Assembly: GCF_009914755.1 (NCBI RefSeq)
Contig: NC_060943.1
Source of the DNA: the human T2T-CHM13v2.0 reference genome, Homo sapiens
Strand: one strand, 5' to 3'
Length of the DNA stretch: 64,000 bases
A program made the translations under genes and the position numbers. The notes below the pieces were generated by a model. The model was given only the letters and a program-made list of their open reading frames with translations. It was not told the DNA's origin and ran no database searches. Below, piece by piece: positions 1-16,699 of this stretch (its first letter is position 1; each line of letters opens with the position of its first letter).

Positions 1-875
<875 letters not shown>

Positions 876-1051
876 TTAAGTACAGATGGTAAATAATATT
901 TAATACTGAAATGTGTTAATATTACACAAAAAGCAATACTTATTTTAAAATTCCCAAATATGATCTTCAAAGTTTAAGAACACCCTGTCTCTATTAAAAA
1001 TACAAAAATTAGCCAGGCATGGTGGTGGATGCCTGTAATCCCAGCTACTCA

Positions 1052-1156
<105 letters not shown>

Positions 1157-1900
1157 TCAAACAGAGTTCAGTCAAGAGCCTCATATATATGATGCAGTAA
1201 GCCTGAATGATGTCCTCCCTAAGAGGAATTTCTACAGCAGTGACTGCTGTTTAGAGAACATGATCATTAGTTTATGTGATGATCACTGTCACAGTACCAG
1301 TGAGAGATGCTTCTGTGATGCTCCTTAAAAACCAGAACAAAAGGCCAAGGGTGGTGGCTCAGGTTTGTAATCCCAACACTTGGCTAGAGGCTGAGGTGGG
1401 CAGATTGCTTGAGACAAGGAGTTTGAGACCAGCCTGGCCAACATGGTGATTCCCCATCTCTAATAAAAATACAAAAATTAGCAAGGCATGGTGACTTGCA
1501 TCTGTAATTCCAGTTAGGTTGGGAGGCTGAGGTATGAGAATTGCTTGAATGCAGGAGGCGGAGGTTGCAATGAGCTGAGATCACAACAGTGCACTCCAGC
1601 CTGAGCAAGAGAGGGAGACTCTGTCTCAAAAAACAAAACAAAACAAAAGCAGAATCACAGCTGGAAACACTTGTCAGTCACTGTCATGCTTTCTAGCTCA
1701 TCTCCTGGGCCACCCTGACAATTCTGCTCAGGGCTACCAGGGGCATCTCTGCTTAGAGCAGGATGACGTTCAATTCTATTAGTCAAAGTGTTCATGAATG
1801 TTCTGTTTTTATGTAAAACCACTCCATAGGATAGTCTCTAAGAAGCTGTCTATGACAGACAGGAGGATCATCACTGCAGAAAACAATGACATGTACATCA

Positions 1901-2128
<228 letters not shown>

Positions 2129-2649
2129 CTAAAATTAAACACACATTTCAACAAAACATTAGGGAGGAGTCATTACCTTCACACAAAATGAGAAAAGAGA
2201 AAATAAGTATTGATTTGATCCAAGACGGTGTTCTGACAAACCCACATTAAGGTATTTTTGAACATTTCTTTTTGTGCAGTTGCATTTTATTGTACTTTCC
2301 CATGATAGATTTTGAAATCTCCTAGTCACTGTGGAAGTCTCAGTTTTATGGAAAATACAAAAAATATATGTCTGGGCACGGTGGCTCACACCTGAAATCC
2401 CAGCAGTTTGGGAGGCTGAGGTGGGTGTATCAACTGAGCTCAGGAGTTCGAGACCACCCAGGGCAACATGGTGAAACCAAGTCTCTACTGAAAACACAAA
2501 AACATTAACTGGGTGTGGTTGTGCATGCCTCTAGTCCCAGCTATTTGGGAGGCTGAGGTAGGAGTATAGCTTGAGCTCCAGAGGCAAAGGTTGCGGTGAG
2601 CTGAGATTGTGCCACTGCAATTCAGCTTGGGCTGCAGAGTGAGACTCCG

Positions 2650-2681
<32 letters not shown>

Positions 2682-3196
2682 GCCAGGCATGGGGGCTCAC
2701 ACCTATAATCCTGTTACTTTGGGATACCAAGGTAGGTGGATCACTTAAGGTCAGGAGTTTGAGACCAACCTGGGCTACATTGTGAAACCCCATATCTACT
2801 AAAAATAGAAAATTTAGCTGGGCATGGTGGGGGAATGTGCCTGTAATCCCAGCTATTTGGGAAGCCGAGGCAGGGGAATTGCTTCAACTCTGGAGGCAGA
2901 GGTTGTGGTAAGCTGAGATGACAGCACTGCACTCCAGCCAGGGCAACAGAGCAAGTCTTTCTCAAAATAAAAATATATGTATGTATATATTGCAAATAAT
3001 GTGTTTTCTACTAAAACCATGGGCTTGGCTTGGCATGGTGGCTCACACCTATAATCCGAACACTTATGGAGGCTGAGGCATGTGGATCACAAAGTCAAGA
3101 GATTAAGACAAGCTGGGCCAACATGCTGAAACACTGACACTATTAAAAACACAAAAATTAGCTTGGTATGGTGGTGTGCGCCTGTAGCCCCAGCTA

Positions 3197-3780
<584 letters not shown>

Positions 3781-3993
3781 GACAGGTGAGGTAGCTCATA
3801 TCAGGAATTTGGGAGGCTGAGGTGGGTAGATCACTTGAGGTCAGCAGTTCGGAGACCAGCCTCATCAATATGGTGAAACTTTGTCTCTACTAAAAATACA
3901 AAGATTAGCTGGGTGTAGTGGTGGGCTCCCCACTGCACTCCAGCCTGGGTGACAGAGTGAGACTGTCTCAAAAAATAATAAAATAATTTTTTA

Positions 3994-4173
<180 letters not shown>

Positions 4174-4184
4174 TCAGTTACTTA

Positions 4185-4573
<389 letters not shown>

Positions 4574-4992
4574 TCATCTCAAAAAAAAAAAAAAAAAGTC
4601 GTGAATAGGAAAAGAAACAACAACAAAGAATAAAGAAAAATGAAGGGAGTCTAAACAGACTAACAGGACACCATCAAGGACACCATCCTACACATTATGA
4701 AAGTCCCAGGCCAGGTTCTGGCTCATGCCTGTAATTTCAGCACTCACGCCTGTAATTCCAGCACTTTGGGAAGCCAGGGTGTGGGGATCACCTGAGGTCA
4801 GAAGTTCATGACCGGCCTGGCCAACATGGTGAAATTTCATCTCTACCAAAAATACAACAATTAGCCAGGTGTGGTGGTGCGCACCTGTAACCTCAGTTAC
4901 TTGGGAAGCTGAGGTGAGAGAATCGCTTGAATCCAGAGGCAGAGGCTGGAGTAAGCCGAGATTGCACCACTGCACTCCAGCCTGGGTGACAG

Positions 4993-6037
4993 TGTTGGGA
5001 TTTACTCAAGATAGGGGCAGAAATATTAAAGAGAAATATTAGGGAAAGTTATAGGGAATAGTCACAAACCTTTTGGAAGGCCGAAGGGTTATATAGCTTG
5101 TAATAATTGAACAGGCTGAAGGCACCCGGTTCTTACCTTAGAGCATTAGGTCATAGGGTAAATACTAGGGACAATAGAGGCTTCCCCAGTTAAGTCTGTT
5201 TACCCTACCTCCATTAACTAACCTTTGAGCCAGATGGCCCTCTAGGGGGAGGCTGACCAGGGAAATTGCCCCTTAATGGTATTTACTTCAGACCACAGTA
5301 CCTGAGCTTTAATCATTCATGAAACTACTCTCTTAACCATGCTAATTATCCTCAAGTGTGTTTACTCAAACTTCTGTTGTTAATTCTATTCTAAATAAAT
5401 GCCTGGAGTGCGAGCTGCTCAGGGCCGGCTCTTGGTGTGCAGGCGATTGGGCACCCAGCAGGACTGGCAAAGCAGAATATCTATGTGTCGGTGTACGTTT
5501 CATTCATCCGTCTGGGCCAGGGTCCGTGGGCAGACCCCTGCAGCTAATGCCCTCTTGTGAGGAGCAATACCTCAGTTGATGTCCTGTGTGAGGAAAGTCA
5601 GGGATCTGCAGAAACAGACCCCCCACAGTTCAAGCCTCTCTTGAGGCAACCTGTGAAGGAAGCGTGAGGACCGCCCTCTTGAGGAAAGCTGCGATGGAAG
5701 CATGAGGAACGCGACCCCCGAAAACAAAGGCAAAGAAGGATTTCGTGGTCAAGCCAGTGAGTAATCAGTAAGTCATTGGTGCCCACTCGAGGTTACCACC
5801 TTCTGGGGGAAGTTGAGTCAAGCTAAGGTTTCATCACGGGACAATAGTTGTCAGCTCAACAGAAACGGTATATAAAAATGTTCAGACAGTTGCTTAAGGC
5901 TACTGGTCGGAAACACAGCAGAACTAGCAAAACGGAATTATCTGTGTGTCAGTGTATGTTTTATTCATACGTGGTTTAGGTCAGGGTTGACATGCAGATC
6001 CCACAGCTAATGCTCTCTTGTGAGGAGCAATACCTCA
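4993..6037 (+). mobile_element. Internally deleted HERV-K(HML-5)/LTR22 provirus inserted in an AluS
   Basis: 5' LTR 4993-5574 (TGTTGGGATT...CCTCA). PBS 5577-5594 TGATGTCCTGTGTGAGGA matches the tRNA-Met complement TGGTGCCCCGTGTGAGGA at 15/18. Decayed gag start (T)GQ*LSAQQKRYIKMFRQLLKATG at ~5836-5905, then a jump into the 3' end of the 3' LTR (same ...gtgaggagcaatacctca end). The Alu resumes after 6037. Confidence 0.8.
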
Positions 6038-7213
6038 AGAGAGCAAGACTCCAACTCAAAAAAAAAAAAAAAAAAAAAAGAGTACCAGAAGTCACAGAAG
6101 TGAGTGAGAAGAAGAAAGGAACAGAAAAGCTTGTTGGAAGGCATAATGGCAAAAATTTCTAATTTCAGGGTGCAAAAGAAACAAATTCAACACCTTAAGA
6201 ATATCCAACATGGATAAATCTAAGTAAGAGACCTATAACAAACAATATCATAATAAAACTGTCAAAATTCAGAGATAGAGAAAGAATCCTAACAACAGCC
6301 AAAAGAAGAGCTGACTCTCACCCAAGAGGGAGCTCCTGTAATATTATCAAGATATTTCTCGGCTGGGTGGGCGGTAACTCACGCCTGTAATCCCACGACC
6401 TTGGGAGGCTGAGGCGGGCAGATCATGAGGTCAGGAGTTCGAGACCAGTCTGGCCAACATAGTGAAACCCATCTCTACTAAAAATACAAAAAATTAGCGG
6501 GGTGTGGTGGTGTGCGACTGTAATCCCAGCTACTCAGGAGGCTGAGGCAGGAGAATTGCGGTGGTAAGACCATGGTGGTAAGAATCATGGTGGTAAGACC
6601 ACAGTAGTAAGCTTTGCTTAAGTGAGTGGGAAATTTTGCATAGTCTTAGTCAGAGAGGGCACCTCTGCAGCTGGGGGTAGGGATGGAATCTTCCCACATC
6701 TAAAAGAGGAAATGGCAAATCCAAGAAGAAGCAATCAGTTTTCAATGCCCCAACTTGCAGGAAACTTCCAGATATCTGCAGTGAAGTCACCATGCTCACA
6801 GGCAGCCAGTGTGTTATTCTTAGCAACAGTGAAAAACTGTCAAGGAGATTAAGTGAAGTCAGGGATTTGAGACCAGCCTGGCCAACATGGTGAAATCCTG
6901 TCTCTATTAAAAATACAAAATTAGCCCAGAGTGGTGGTGGACACCTATAATCACAGCTGCTTGGGATGCTGAGGCATGAGAATCTCTTGACCCTGGGAGG
7001 TGGAGGTTACAGTGATCCCAGATTGCTCCAGTGAACTCCAGCCTGGGCAATAAAGGGAGATAGAATTTAAGATGACGGGGACTGAGAAAAGCCTTGGGTG
7101 AGTGCGAGCAAACTTGTGACGCAGGACGCTTCAGACTCACGGAAGTCTGCCTACTACAATACCTGGTATATCAGAAAAGAGAGAGAAGAATCCACTGAGG
7201 AATATCACTTTAC

Positions 7214-7276
7214 CTGAGGAAGAGCCATCCTTGTCTCCTTTTCTTTGGTCTTCTTGGTGGCTTTCTCATGTAACAT
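7214..7276 (-). CDS. First coding (leader) exon of the left KRAB-ZNF gene; exon extends to 7295
   Basis: MLHEKATKKTKEKETRMALPQ, 63 nt, donor GTAAAG, acceptor cacag| at 7295. Homologous to ZNF611 exon 62273-62354. Confidence 0.88.
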
Positions 7277-9270
7277 GAGTCTTTGGAAATTAATTCTGTG
7301 TGAGAAAAAAATATGATATTTAATTAATTTTTTTTTGAGATGGAGTCCAGCTCTGTCACCATGATGGGGTTTAGTGACATGATCTCGTCTCACTGCAACC
7401 TCTGCCTCCCCAGTTCAAGGAATTCTCCTGCCTCAGTGTACCAAGTAGCTGGGATTCAAGCCATACTCCACGATGCACAGCTAATTTTTGTATTTTTAGT
7501 AGACATGGGGTTTCATCGTGTTGGCCAGGAGAGTCTCAATCTCCTGACCTTGAGATCTGCCCACCTCAGCCTCCCAAAGAGCTACGATTACAGGGGTAAA
7601 CCACCAGACCCAGCTGAGATTTAATGTTTAGAAACCACACATTCCTTTCCTGTGACAAAACATACACAGGGGAGACCTTACCCGGCATAAAGACTGTCCT
7701 CTACTGCCCACTGCACCAGAGATCATGCAGAGATAAGAAAGCCCCACAGGAAGACCTACAAGGGTAATTTTGACCCATTTTCAGATCTTGCTCCCTCCTG
7801 AAAATGTCCACACACATGCTGAAGCAGGGCACAGACCTTCAGGGCACAGATCTGGCCCTAACCAAACCCCATGCAGAGCACAGCCCCCTCACCTCCCTGT
7901 GGATCACAGACTGACCTCAGTTCTCAATATGGGGGAAACTGCCTTGATGTTCAATGCTGGACACAGATGAGAATCACCAGTGCCATCGTATTATTGAGGG
8001 TGTGTCCCATCCTATGATAATAGCAATCTTTGATAGAATAGCATAAAAGATGTATTTGCAAAATGCCTGAGAAACCTAATGTGAAGTCAGGGTTGAGCTC
8101 CACTCAGAGGGTACCAGCTGAGCACAGCCCCACCTTCTGGCTCTGCTCTCCCCTTGGGGACTTGTTCCCACCAGGATCCAGTGAACAGCGAAGGAGCTAA
8201 AAGAATCACACAGAACAGGTAACATGGACCAGAGGTGGGGGTGAAGGTGGGGCTGCAATGTCAAATGGGGCCTGTGGGAGATCACAAAGGTTACTGTAGA
8301 TAAAGTGATGTCACAACAAAGACTTAGGGAAGAAAGGCTGCTTGTCACTTGCAGCTGATGGGACAGAGTCCTAGGCCGAGGGACAGCCCAGGTGAAGGCC
8401 CTGAGACAGGAGCAACCTCAGCCCCAGAAAAAGGAAAGAAACCTGCGTGGCTGGAGCAGAGGGAGTGAGGAGGACACAGGCAGGAGATGAGATCAGGGAG
8501 GTCCTGGGAGCACAGATCCATAGGGATGAGGTCTTGAAATATTTTTCTCCCACACTTCAAAAGAATTTTGGAAATGATGTATTTTCTCACGCCTTTCATG
8601 TATACACACAACTTTTCTTTACGTTATAAATTACAACATTTACAAATAATGGAATTCATTTCTCATTTTAAAAATACATGCTGTCAAGTTTGGCTAAGTC
8701 CCCAGAAGTACCCTGTCACCCTCATCTGAGACATGTAGGACTGCAAGGGAATGTGTTCAGGGGTTTAGGAAGTCACCTATGGAAATGTGCATGTGGAGAC
8801 GCCTGTTTAATATCCCAGCAGAGAGCTGAGGAGCCAACTGAACACAGGATTGCAGAGCTCAGGGGAGAGGCCTGTAGGGAACATGGAGTCGTGTAGGTGG
8901 GTTAAAGTTGTGAAATGACACGATATGGAAGGGCAGTGGGTGTGGACAGAGACAAGGAGAGGTTCAAGATGATCTGAGTCTAATTACCTGTTTTTTCCAT
9001 TCTGGTACTTGTGTTTTTTATATTTTTGGAGAACAGTAACTTATTTAAAATTCATATTACACCTGAGCATTACCATCTCGTATAGAAAAAGCCACAAACT
9101 ATTTGGCCAATCATTTCAGGGGTCAGTGTCACTCTGACTGAGCTTTTCTTGTCTTATTCCTCACCTGTATATTACAGATGGGGGTCACTGAGGTTCAGAG
9201 TAGGAGACATTTCACCAAGTTATCCAGAGAAGCTCTGAGTTGAGTCAGAAGGAGGTGCGGCTCATTCCTA

Positions 9271-9774
<504 letters not shown>

Positions 9775-10989
9775 CTAGCTATAGGTATTTAAAACACTGA
9801 AAGAGAGGCAGTGGTAGAAATGAGATCTGAGCAAATGTTTTCTTCATGAACACATGGACTCTGCTGGAACAAGGTTCTAAGTCAATCCAGCCCATCCTTC
9901 AACATCTGCAAAGAATATTATGGACCAGAGGAACTTGAGGAAAATGTTTACTTAGAGGCTCACAGCTCACCATTTAATCAGATGACATGAGGAAAGAAAA
10001 TGGAGTAATAGGCTACTTGAACTAAATTTTGATGTTAGTGTAAAGAAAAAATTTCCTTGATATCTTTATTGAGTACACATTGAAACAACCTAAAATCATT
10101 TATCAGGTACCAGAAAATGTTTCCAATACATAATAAAGACTAGAATGCAGGCAGTGCTCAATCTAAACTGAACACAATAAATTTCAGAGAAAAACAATTT
10201 TAAAATGGTTAAAAAATATACATCTAATGAAATGTGAGGTCAAAGAAGAAAATTCAAAACACATATAATAGTTTGAAAATGATAATGTGATGTCGTAAGA
10301 TTCTACCAAAGCTTATTTGAGAAGCAGTTATTTATTTTACTTTATTTTATTTTATTGAGACGGAGTCTCGCTCTGTTGCCCGGCTGGAATGCAGTTATGT
10401 GATCTCGGCTCACTGCAACCTCCACCTCCCGGATTCAAGCTATTCTCCTGCCTGTCTCCCCAGTAGCTGGAATTACAGGCAAGCATCACCATGCTCAGCT
10501 AATTTCAGTATTTCAGTTGAGATGAGGATTCACCATGTTGGCCAAGCTGGTCTCGAACTCCTGAAATTAGGTGATCCACCAGCCTTGGCCTCCAAACTGC
10601 TGGGATTACAGGTGTGAGCCACTGCACCAGGCCTATTTTTTTTTTTTTTTTTAATTAAGAACAAGCTGGGTGTGGTGGCTCATGCCTGTAATCCCAAGAC
10701 TTTGGGAGGCCGATGCGGCTGGATCCCTTAAGCCCTAGAGTTCGAGACCAGCCTGGGCAACATGGAGAAAGCCCGTCTCTATGAGGAACACAAAAATTTG
10801 CCCTATGCGGTGGCATGTAGCTGTGGTCCCAGCTACTCTGGAGGCTGAAGTGGGAGGATCCGTTGAACCCAGGAGGTTTATGCTGCGGTGAGCTCTGATC
10901 CTGTAACAGCTCTCCAACCTGGGTGTCAAAGTGAGACCCCATCTCCAATTAAAAAAAGAAGAAGAAGGAACCACTGGGTCCTGGGTCTA

Positions 10990-11830
10990 GGGGCAGGGAA
11001 TCTAAGGCCAATTAACACGAACTTTTAAGTCCACGCCATCTGCTTCTGGGTCTGTGCCAATTAGGGCAGGACAAAAGCCAGGACTGGGGGGTGGAACCCC
11101 AGGAGGTGAGCCGGGCCTGAGCAAGGCCAGGAAGGGATGCAGATTAAGTGGGTGGGGCCTGAGTGAGGCCAGGGTGGGGCATGAAGGACAAGGGGCCTGG
11201 TGTGGGGGGGTGAGGGGGGAAGAGGCCTGGGCTGTGAGGGGTTCGCAGGGGAATGAAGGGGTCAGGGCCTGAGCTTCCCTCTATCTCACTCTCCGTGTTT
11301 CTGTTTTCCAGGTTTTGAAGGCGAAACCCACCAGTGAGGCTGGAACAGCTCAGGAGTCAGGGAAATAGTACCTCCCTGAGAAGTGAACATGGGGTGGTAA
11401 TTAGATCCAGGAAAGTTCCTTACTATTGAAATTAATTTTAGCAATTTAATTCCAAAACCTCAAAGTTGTCTAGGGCAGGAATGCAAACTAGAATGCGAAA
11501 TGCAAAGTCCTGCCTGAGCCAAATGTACAATTTTATGCTGACGGCCCACAGAACCAATTAGAAATCCTCTCCCTTTCTATTCTTCATTCACTGGGGTGGG
11601 AGAGTCCACCCTGTGCTCAGCTCCAGAGACTTTCCTAGAGCCACTGCCTGGGGTGGGGAGCAGAGGGCTCAGGCCAGGGAGGAGTGAGGTCACCACCTGC
11701 TGCTTAAACACAGCAGGGATGTGGGTGGGGTGGTGGGAGCCAGGAGTCCCAGCTACTCAGGAAGCAGGGGTAGGAGGATAGCTGAGCTGGGAAGTCCAGG
11801 CCAGCCTGGGCGACAAAGTAAGACCCTCTA
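10990..11830 (-). promoter_or_regulatory. Decayed, CpG-depleted paralog of the 36.9-kb CpG-island promoter/exon 1
   Basis: Colinear similarity to ~36860-37530 (ccacgccatctgcttc vs ccacgcgatccgcttc; gcaggacaaaagcc vs gcaggacagaagcc; atgcaaactagaatg; gaaatcctctccctttctatt; ggaggagtgaggtcaccacctgctgcttaaacacagcaggg). Few CpGs, and the exon-1 donor segment is missing. Confidence 0.75.
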
Positions 11831-12422
11831 CCCCAGAGTTCCCTCCTCCGTCTCAATAAGAAAAAAAGTGATTAAAAAAAAAAGCACTGACCTTGTAACA
11901 GTGCATATAAATTGCCCAGTTGTTCCTTACATTTGTTATTTTATGCTGCACTTGTTAGATATGAGTTCTAAATTTCTCTTCAAAGAATCAATGTGTCAGT
12001 ATGTGCAATTATTTGCCTTCTACTTTTAAACTTAACTTCCTCATAAAGCAACCTTTTTTAATCACCTGCTCCACCCTGAGTAATTCTCCAACCTGACTCA
12101 TTCCATAATCATTTTTCCCACCAAACCACTCACCCCATCACTCTTTTTAAATTAGCCAATCGGAATTAGCTTAGCCTGTGCGGTCTAATCCTAGCCGATA
12201 GGGGAATGACACAGCAGCAGGGGCCTCATGCGTCTGGAGTAAGAACCCCTTCCTGTCCCTTGCCCAAGTGTGCACTCACCATTGCTCCATCTATGAGGAC
12301 GCACCCTTCTATAGAAGTAAATTGCCTTGGCCATGTGCGGTGGCTCACACCTGTAATCCCCCCACTTTGGGAGGCTGAGGTGGGCAAATCACGAGGTCAG
12401 GAGATTGAGACCATCCTGGCTA

Positions 12423-12772
<350 letters not shown>

Positions 12773-14849
12773 TTAAAAGCCAGGGTAAATTTAAAACCTA
12801 TAATTGATAATTGAAGGTCTTCTCCATGACCCTATAACACTCCAATACCACCCTGTTGTCAGTGTAAACAATGGCATATCCTGAAAGCACTGAGGCCACT
12901 GACAACCCATAGCTTACCTATCAAAAATCCTTAACCCAGTAAACCGCGGATGGCCCAAATGCATTCAATCTGTAGTGGCAACTGCTCAGCTAACAGAAGA
13001 AACAGAAAAATAACTTTTAGAGGAAACCTCATTGTGAGCACACCTCATCAAGGAAGAACTATCCTAAGTCAAAAAAAAAAAAAAAAAAAAGGCAAAATGG
13101 TAGCTTACTGACTCAAGAATCTTCAAGTATGAGGCTATTCTGGTAGAAAAAGATGATTTAACATTAACCACTGAAAATTCCATTAACCCAGCAGGTTTTC
13201 TAACAGGGGGTCTAAATCTTAATTATTTACCATGCAAAGGTCTGACCAGGCCTAGGAGGAACTCCCTTCCAGACAGGACTATACAGGGTTTCTCCCAGGT
13301 GACTGAGGGAAAAAGACATAATGGGTATTCAATAAGTGATAAAGAAACTCTTGCAGAAGCAGAGTTAGGAAAATTGCCTAATAATTGGACTGCTGAAATG
13401 TGCAAGCTGTTTGCACTCAGCCAAACTTTAAAGTACTTACAGAATCAGGAAGGAGGCCACCTATACCACTTCTAAGTTAATATGGACTGAACAAGGTCTT
13501 ATTAATAGCAAAGAATTGAAATCCCAAACTTACAACGTTTTCAACGAAAGTCAAGTTTGCTAAAAGTTAACATTGTAACATGTATTATCCTAACTTCTAA
13601 TCTTGTGACCTTAGGCAGTCTAGTTCACAGACATGAAGGAAGTTCACTTTGGGAAAGAATGGTTATCATCTTTGAAAAAAAAAAAAAAAAAAAGGAGGAA
13701 GGAGAATTTATGTAAAAAGAATGTTATATGGTAAATTCTTGTCCTAAAATAAATTAAATGGTGGTTTAAAGAAAGGGATGTTTGCAACAATTCAGAAAGT
13801 TGAGGCATGTTGAAGAATTGTCTGTCAAAGTTGTGAAAAAAGAAAAGTTATAAGAGGGAATTTATGCAAGAAATGTCATATAATTTGAAAGTAATTAGTC
13901 CTCCTGATTGTAAAACTGTTGAAGAAACAGTTTATGTGCAAGATGTGTAAGGAAAGTAAAATATACTTTTGGTAAAAGGATTATAGGGAGGCAGAAGAAT
14001 GTGGATTTTTACCTACATTAAAAGATTAAAAAAATTTGTTTTAAAGGTTTAAGCAAGTTTCAAAATGTTAATTGTAAAGGAAATTCTGTGTGTAAACATA
14101 CTGGCAAAAGTTAAAGGGGTAATATCCAGTTTTTCTGTGAACTGGATATTAAAATAAAAGCACAACCAGTTTTTCTTAAAGCACTAACATGCTCTTTAAC
14201 AAAAATTATAAAAGGTTAAAGAGTCTATAAAAATCTTACCTTATGGTCAGACATTAACATTGGATAAATATGTCTACAAGGTTTTATTAAAATTAAGTTT
14301 AACATTAATAAAACACTAATATAAAGGTGAAATGTAGCTTATCTGGTATAAAAATCATACATGAAGTGTTAAATATAAAATGGTATTTGGCTTTCTTTGG
14401 TCTAAAAACTAATAAAAATAGGTGCTAAAGAAAATTTCTCAGCAAGAAGGCACCAAGGATTATAAAGTCCACTGCTGATGTCCCCACGTTTAAAACAAAT
14501 GATAAATTTCTTAGAAATTATATACTTGGTTTATCCTCCACCTTCTCTTCCTTTAAAACAAGAGTCTTTCAGCACAGGCGCCAGCTTCGGAGTTTCCAGT
14601 ACATCAGCATCGGCCTGGGGATGACGTTCTCATCAAAGGATGGAAAGAATGGAAACTCGAGCCAGCCTAGGAAGGACCCTATCTTGTGCTGCTAACCACT
14701 GAGACTGCTGTTCATACAGCAGAAAGGGAGGGACACATCACACCTGAGTCAAGCAGGTGCCATTATCATCAGAATCATGGGCCACTGTTCCTGGATCAAG
14801 CCCTACCAAATTAAAGCTAAGGAAAGCTTAGTCTATCTATCTTTTCCTT

Positions 14850-16400
14850 TCCTTTCCTTTCCCAGTGCTTATATCCATTACTATTCCTACCACTAGCAAC
14901 TCTAACCCAACTTTAGAGCATTTCTATGGTTTAGGAGCAGAGGTCACTGGAAAGGATCCTATAGGCTTCTTTAAGGTGTGCTTTTTTCTCCCTCCTCCAC
15001 CTCCTACAGCTGCCCCTTTCCCAAATCTATGAAATCAAACTATGACATGCCTCGTGCCAAATGACAAAAGCAAGTTCTCAGTAGTAGAAATAGGAGACCT
15101 AAGGCAAACCATAGCTATTGAAACAGGGTATAAAGATGTAAATGCCTGGCTAAAATGGATCAAATATTCCCTCTGCATGTTGAACAAAGGCAATTGTTAT
15201 GCTTGTGCACATGGCAGGCCAGAGGCCCAGATTGTCCCCTTTCCACGAGGGCTGTCCTCCAGTAGACCAGGTGTGGGCTGGATGCTAGCTCTTTTCCAGG
15301 ATTCTACATCCTGGGGTAACAAGTTATGCCAAGCTCTCTCTGTCTGCTATATCCCAAAGTTCGACACCCTGTGGGTCAGCCCTCCAGGGCCATTCAGCTT
15401 CCAACTCCCAACACTAAGTTCACTTTATGTCCCTCATGACAGGGAGGAAACTTAACATTCCTTGGAGACCTGAAGGGATGCAGAGAGCTTAAAATTTTTC
15501 AAAAGTTTACCAATCAGTCACTCTTTATTCATCCCTGAGCAGATGCATAGTGGTATTATGGTGGACCTTTACTGGACACTTTACTGAGTAACTGAAGTGG
15601 CACTTATGCTTTAGTCCAATTGGCTATCCCTTTCACCCTGGCATTTCATCAACCAGAGAAAGGAAAAATAAGACACCATAAAGCAAAAGAAGTCCCTTAT
15701 GGGTCTTTTGACTCTCACGTCTATTTAGACACAATTAGAATCCCATGGGGAAGACTAGATCAATTTAAAGCCCAAAATCAAATAGCTGCAGGATTTGAGT
15801 CAATGTTTTGGTGGGTGACAATTAATAAAATGTAAACTGGATAAACTAATCTATGACAACCAACAGCTATCTATTAATTACACTAGAGATGCTGTTAAAG
15901 GAATAGCTGAGCAATTAGGGGCTACCAGCCAGATGTCTTGGGAAAATGGGATAGCCTTTGACATGATATTAGCATAAAAAGGAAGAGTTTGCATCATAAT
16001 TAAAACTCAGTGTTGTACCTTCATCCCAAACAACACTGCGCCCATTGAAAGTAAAACAAAGACATTGCAAGGTCTGACTGCTCTGTCCAATAAGTTAGTG
16101 AACAACTCAGGGGTAAATGACCCCTTTTCAGGATGGCTAGAAAAGTGGTTCGGTAGATGGAAAAGAATAGTAGCCTCAATTCTTACTTCCCTCACAGCCG
16201 TAATGGGTGTACTTATTCTTGTCAGGTGCTCTGTCACACCATGCATCCGTGGGTTGGTGCAGAGGCTCATAAAAATGGCAGTTACTAAAATCTCCCTTAA
16301 CTATCCTCCACCTTATCCAAAGAAGCTTCTTCTTATTTTGGAAAATCAAACCGAATGACTAAGCCAAGACATGTTAAAGAAGTTTGAAGAGAAAGAGCTG
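14850..16400 (+). pseudogene. Disrupted ERV1 (HERV-I-like) env
   Basis: ORF fragments 15042-15455 (CYAC CxxC motif), 15620-15835 and 16065-16358 (TM anchor IVASILTSLTAVMGVLILV). ISD-like ENGIAFDMILA*KGRVC and CX6CC (CIIIKTQCC) at ~15940-16017. Several stops and frameshifts. Confidence 0.85.
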
Positions 16401-16531
16401 TAAGGAAAATGCAAGAGAAGGGAATGTTAGATATGAGTTCTAAATTTCTTTTCAAAGAATCAATAAGTCAGTATGTTCAATTCTTTGCCTTCTACTTTTA
16501 AACTTAACTTCCTCATAAAGCAACCTTTTTC

Positions 16532-16699
16532 GATCACCTGCTCCACCCTGACTCATTCCAATCACCTGCTCCACCTTGACTCATTCTGATCACCTGCTCC
16601 ACCCTGCCTCATTCCAATCACCTGCTCCACCTTGACTCATTCTGATCACCTGCCCCACCCTGACTCACTCCGATTACCTGCTCCACCCTGACTCATTCT
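16532..16699 (+). repeat. 28-bp VNTR in the LTR10 3' LTR, 6 units, 5 with a perfect AP-1 site TGACTCA
   Basis: Consensus GATCACCTGCTCCACCCTGACTCATTCC, units starting at 16532, 16560, 16588 (TGCCTCA), 16616, 16644, 16672. Confidence 0.92.

Noticed and set aside
15042-16358. Possible domesticated (syncytin-like) env
   Set aside because: Broken by several stops and frameshifts, including a stop in the ISD region.
16532-16699. CRISPR-like 28-bp repeats
   Set aside because: Head-to-tail with no spacers, inside a eukaryotic LTR; this is a VNTR.
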